Part shown: piece after piece, positions 61,155 to 64,000 of the stretch
Numbering within the stretch: position 1 is the first letter of the stretch
Layout of the letters: each line of letters opens with the position of its first letter
Source: Opitutales bacterium
GTDB taxonomy: Bacteria > Verrucomicrobiota > Verrucomicrobiia > Opitutales > UBA2987
DNA length: 64,000 nt
Direction of reading: 5' to 3'
Assembly (NCBI GenBank): GCA_965226885.1
Contig: CBDDEL010000017.1
Coordinates: 1 to 64,000, forward strand
Program-made: the position numbers and the translations under genes
Notes under the pieces: model-generated
Databases searched by the model: none
Told to the model about the DNA's origin: nothing
The model's input: the letters and a program-made list of their open reading frames with translations, nothing else

Positions 61155-62927
61155 GTGAGTTTCGACATCGCCATTGTCTTTGCGGTTCTCCTGGTTTCAG
61201 TGGCGCTCTTTGCCACCGACAAGGTGCGGCATGATGTTATAGGTTTGATGGTCATAGTGGCTTTGGGGCTTTGCGGAATATTAAAACCCAAGGAGTTGCT
61301 GGGGGGATTCAGCAACCAGGCTGTGGTCACGATCGGGGCCATGTTTGTCTTGAGTGCAGCGCTCATGCGATCGGGCATGGTGGCGGCATTGGGAGCGAAG
61401 TTAACCAGTCTTTCGCGAGGCAGCCCGGCGCGCTTTCTCTTTTTGTCACTCTGTGCCGTGTGTATTTTGTCGGCTTTTATCAACAACACGCCAGTGGTGG
61501 TGGTTTTTATACCGGCGGTGCTGACGGTATGCACGAAAATGGGGCAGAGTCCTTCCAAATTTCTCATGCCCATATCTTTCGCCTCAATGCTGGGAGGAAG
61601 CTGCACATTGATCGGGACATCTTCCAATATTCTGGTTTCATCGCTTTCTGAAGGGGCTGGGCATGGGCCGCTGGGGATGTTCGAGTTTAGCAAAATGGGC
61701 TTACTGGTGGTTCTTGCGGGAATGGCCTATTTGCTTCTGTTCTCCCGGCGATTCTTACCGGAAAGGGTAACTCTGGCCACGAGCGCACCCATCGATGCGA
61801 CCAAAGAGTACGTAACCCAGGTAAGCGTGGGTAAGGAATCGCATTTGGTGGGCAAAATGCCCCAGGAGACCTTCCTAGGATCAAGCGGAATCTCTATTGT
61901 CGAATTGATTCGTGGGGAGAGAATCCGGCGTTTGGACAAGAAAACCTTTTTAGAGGTCGGCGACGTTTTACTGCTAAAGGGCGACGTTAATAAGATCCTG
62001 GAGCTTGACCGGCAGCACGAAATCAGCATCACCCCGGAATTGGCTCAGATGGAGGGGACCATCAAGCGTGTCGAAATGTCGCTCTTCGAATTGATGATCG
62101 CGCCGGAGTCGCGCCTCATCGGCCGCACCTGCAAGAATGCCGGGCTACGGGCCCAGTTTGGGGTTTCCGTATTTGCCCTGCAACGCAGGGGCCGCCACCA
62201 CCAGAGGGAAATTGGAGATCTGGAGTTGCGCATGGGCGACATCCTGCTGGTGCGCGGGCAGATGGAGTCCCTCAATCAGCTTCGCCATAGCGATGCTTTT
62301 ATACTTTTGGAGGGTGTGCACGAGGAAGTGGTTGAGAGGCATAAAGCGCCGTTAGCGGTGGGCATTATTCTGGCTATCGTGGCTCTGGCTGCGTTCAGTG
62401 TTTTTCCCATCAGCGTCCTGTCTCTGGCCGGTGTTGCCCTCATAATCATGACCCGGCTGCTGACACCCGGGCAGGTTTACAGGTCCATTGACTGGACGGT
62501 TCTGGTGCTCATCGCGGGCATGATCTCTCTGGGCGAAGCGATGGGGAAAACGGGGGCGCTCGATCTTTTGGCCAATATCCTCCTTTCCTGGGTGGGCGAC
62601 CTGGGAGCCCATTTCACTTTGTGGATATTTTATTTTATGACGGCTGCTCTGAGCCTGCTCATTTTGAACAAACCGGCGGCCGTCTTGATGGCTCCCCTGG
62701 GGATGATACTGGCCCAGCGCCTGGGAGTATCGCCGATGACCTTCATCATGGCAGTGGCCTTTGCCGCCTCCACCGCCATGGCCACCCCAATGGGTTACCA
62801 GACCAACCTGCTGGTTTACGGGCCGGGCGGTTATAACTATAAAGATTTCCTCAGATTCGGCCTGCCTCTTAATATTGGCATCGGCATTTTAGCTTGCCTC
62901 CTGCTGCCCGTTTTCTGGCCGTTTTAG
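61155..62927 (+). CDS. SLC13/DASS permease with TrkA-C domains
   Basis: SAFINNT, TLIGTSSN, two RCK-C repeats, TPMGYQTN.LVYGPGGY. Confidence 0.88.
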   Translation: MSFDIAIVFAVLLVSVALFATDKVRHDVIGLMVIVALGLCGILKPKELLGGFSNQAVVTIGAMFVLSAALMRSGMVAALGAKLTSLSRGSPARFLFLSLCAVCILSAFINNTPVVVVFIPAVLTVCTKMGQSPSKFLMPISFASMLGGSCTLIGTSSNILVSSLSEGAGHGPLGMFEFSKMGLLVVLAGMAYLLLFSRRFLPERVTLATSAPIDATKEYVTQVSVGKESHLVGKMPQETFLGSSGISIVELIRGERIRRLDKKTFLEVGDVLLLKGDVNKILELDRQHEISITPELAQMEGTIKRVEMSLFELMIAPESRLIGRTCKNAGLRAQFGVSVFALQRRGRHHQREIGDLELRMGDILLVRGQMESLNQLRHSDAFILLEGVHEEVVERHKAPLAVGIILAIVALAAFSVFPISVLSLAGVALIIMTRLLTPGQVYRSIDWTVLVLIAGMISLGEAMGKTGALDLLANILLSWVGDLGAHFTLWIFYFMTAALSLLILNKPAAVLMAPLGMILAQRLGVSPMTFIMAVAFAASTAMATPMGYQTNLLVYGPGGYNYKDFLRFGLPLNIGIGILACLLLPVFWPF

Positions 62928-63211
62928 CAATTAAGTCGCGTTTTCAATCCACTGGAAAACCCCGCCAACACCTGGCAGCTATTGTCGGTAATATAAACTC
63001 ACATTACCGCACCGGTGGATGAAATTCTCAAATAGGTAGAAATCGATAGGGTGAAGGCGAGCAGAAAAGGTAGTGCCTGAAACACCTGCTCCTTACGGTG
63101 CAAACAGCAAATTGGGAAATAACATGCGCCAATCCTCTGCTTCTGTTGTCCATACCAAGGGAAATAATTCTCTTTGAGTCCAAAACCATCCTAAATCTTC
63201 GGACCAAAGCC

Positions 63212-64000
63212 TGACGTGTACTGGATTTGTTGGACACGGGATTCTCTTATATTCATTGTTTATTGATTAGTGTGTCAGGCGGCTTGTTTTGGTAAAGGGT
63301 TTTGTTTTCTCGTTGCCCCCCATGGGGGGCAAATATTTTCCTCGAATTGGACTGGGCTTTGGTAACTCAGAGAGGAATGTTTGCGATATCGGTTGTAGAA
63401 GATTTCCACGTATTCGAAGACAGTTGATCGCAGTTCGCGCTCGTCGGCAAAGTGGCGGCCTCGAATCGTGCTGGTCTTGAAGCGGCCGTAGAACGATTCC
63501 ATGGCCGCGTTGTCGTAGCAGTTGCCTTGGGCGCTCATGCTCGGCTTCATGCCTAGTTCAGAGATCAGCCTCTGATAGTCGTCGCTGGCGTAGGGGCTGC
63601 CCCGATCGCTGTGATGAATAATCCCGGTGCGCAGTGTGCCGCGGGTCATGGCCGCGGCTTTGAGGGCCTTGCCAACCAGCTTCGCGTCGTTGTGGTTGGA
63701 AACGCTCCAGCCCAGCAGGCGTCGGCTGAACAGGTCCATCACCGTGGCCAAGTACATCCAACCGGCCAGGGTCCGTAGGTAGGTCGTGTCCGCCACCCAG
63801 ACCTCGTCGATATGGGTCGGCTGGCCATGCTTTTTAAGCACATTGGGGCTGTAACCATAGGGATGGTTACTGTTGGTTTTTAATGGCTTAAAGCGTTTAC
63901 TCTGGGTGCTTTTGATTCCCATTTCACGCATCAGACGCAGAGCCCGGTCACGGCCGCAATCGATGCCCTCATCATCCTTCAGATGGCGGTGCATTGGCCG
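63212..64000 (-). mobile_element. IS3-family element (copy 2, runs off the window); OrfB 3' part at 63275-64000
   Basis: Near-identical to 42315 onward, same orientation. Confidence 0.92.

Noticed and set aside
63028..63237. 69-aa ORF next to the terminal IS3
   Set aside because: Start lies within the IS end and there is no recognisable motif; at most an unidentifiable remnant
42315..64000. Composite transposon formed by the two direct IS3 copies delivering the catabolic cluster
   Set aside because: Both halves of one GNAT gene flank the first copy, so it inserted into DNA already contiguous with the cluster; future mobilisation or deletion remains possible

Overview
Bacterial chromosomal window; gene content and order suggest Verrucomicrobiota/Opitutales (inference). 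It has three zones. (1) 1-12.75 kb is a heavily decayed genomic island abutting the 3' end of tRNA-Asn(GTT). It contains IS1, three IS1380 copies (one inserted inside another), two IS3 elements, IS21, solo IS ends, gene stubs, one intact Gfo/Idh/MocA gene and a probable large-serine-integrase C-terminal remnant reading antisense into the tRNA. (2) 13.2-42 kb is housekeeping: rplY-pth-rpsF-ssb-rplI-dnaB-bamA-skp-lpxD-prs, degP, a nucleotidyltransferase TA-like pair, uvrA, icd, aminotransferases, a histone H1-like repeat protein, secG, parB, fmt and der. (3) 42-64 kb holds an IS3-split GNAT and an approximately 19 kb catabolic cluster I cannot match to a known pathway. The cluster encodes an orphan DpaA-like oxidoreductase, opine dehydrogenase, MLE-type enolase, 4-OT tautomerase, isochorismatase-VOC fusion, Hyi-like isomerase, hydantoinase, deaminase-like amidohydrolase, creatinase-like M24 hydrolase, SDR, E1alpha/E1beta with a free lipoyl domain, a frameshifted ALDH and an SLC13 permease. 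Several of these enzymes show non-canonical catalytic residues, making the cluster the best candidate for an undescribed system. All family calls are from motif recognition by eye; no searches were run.
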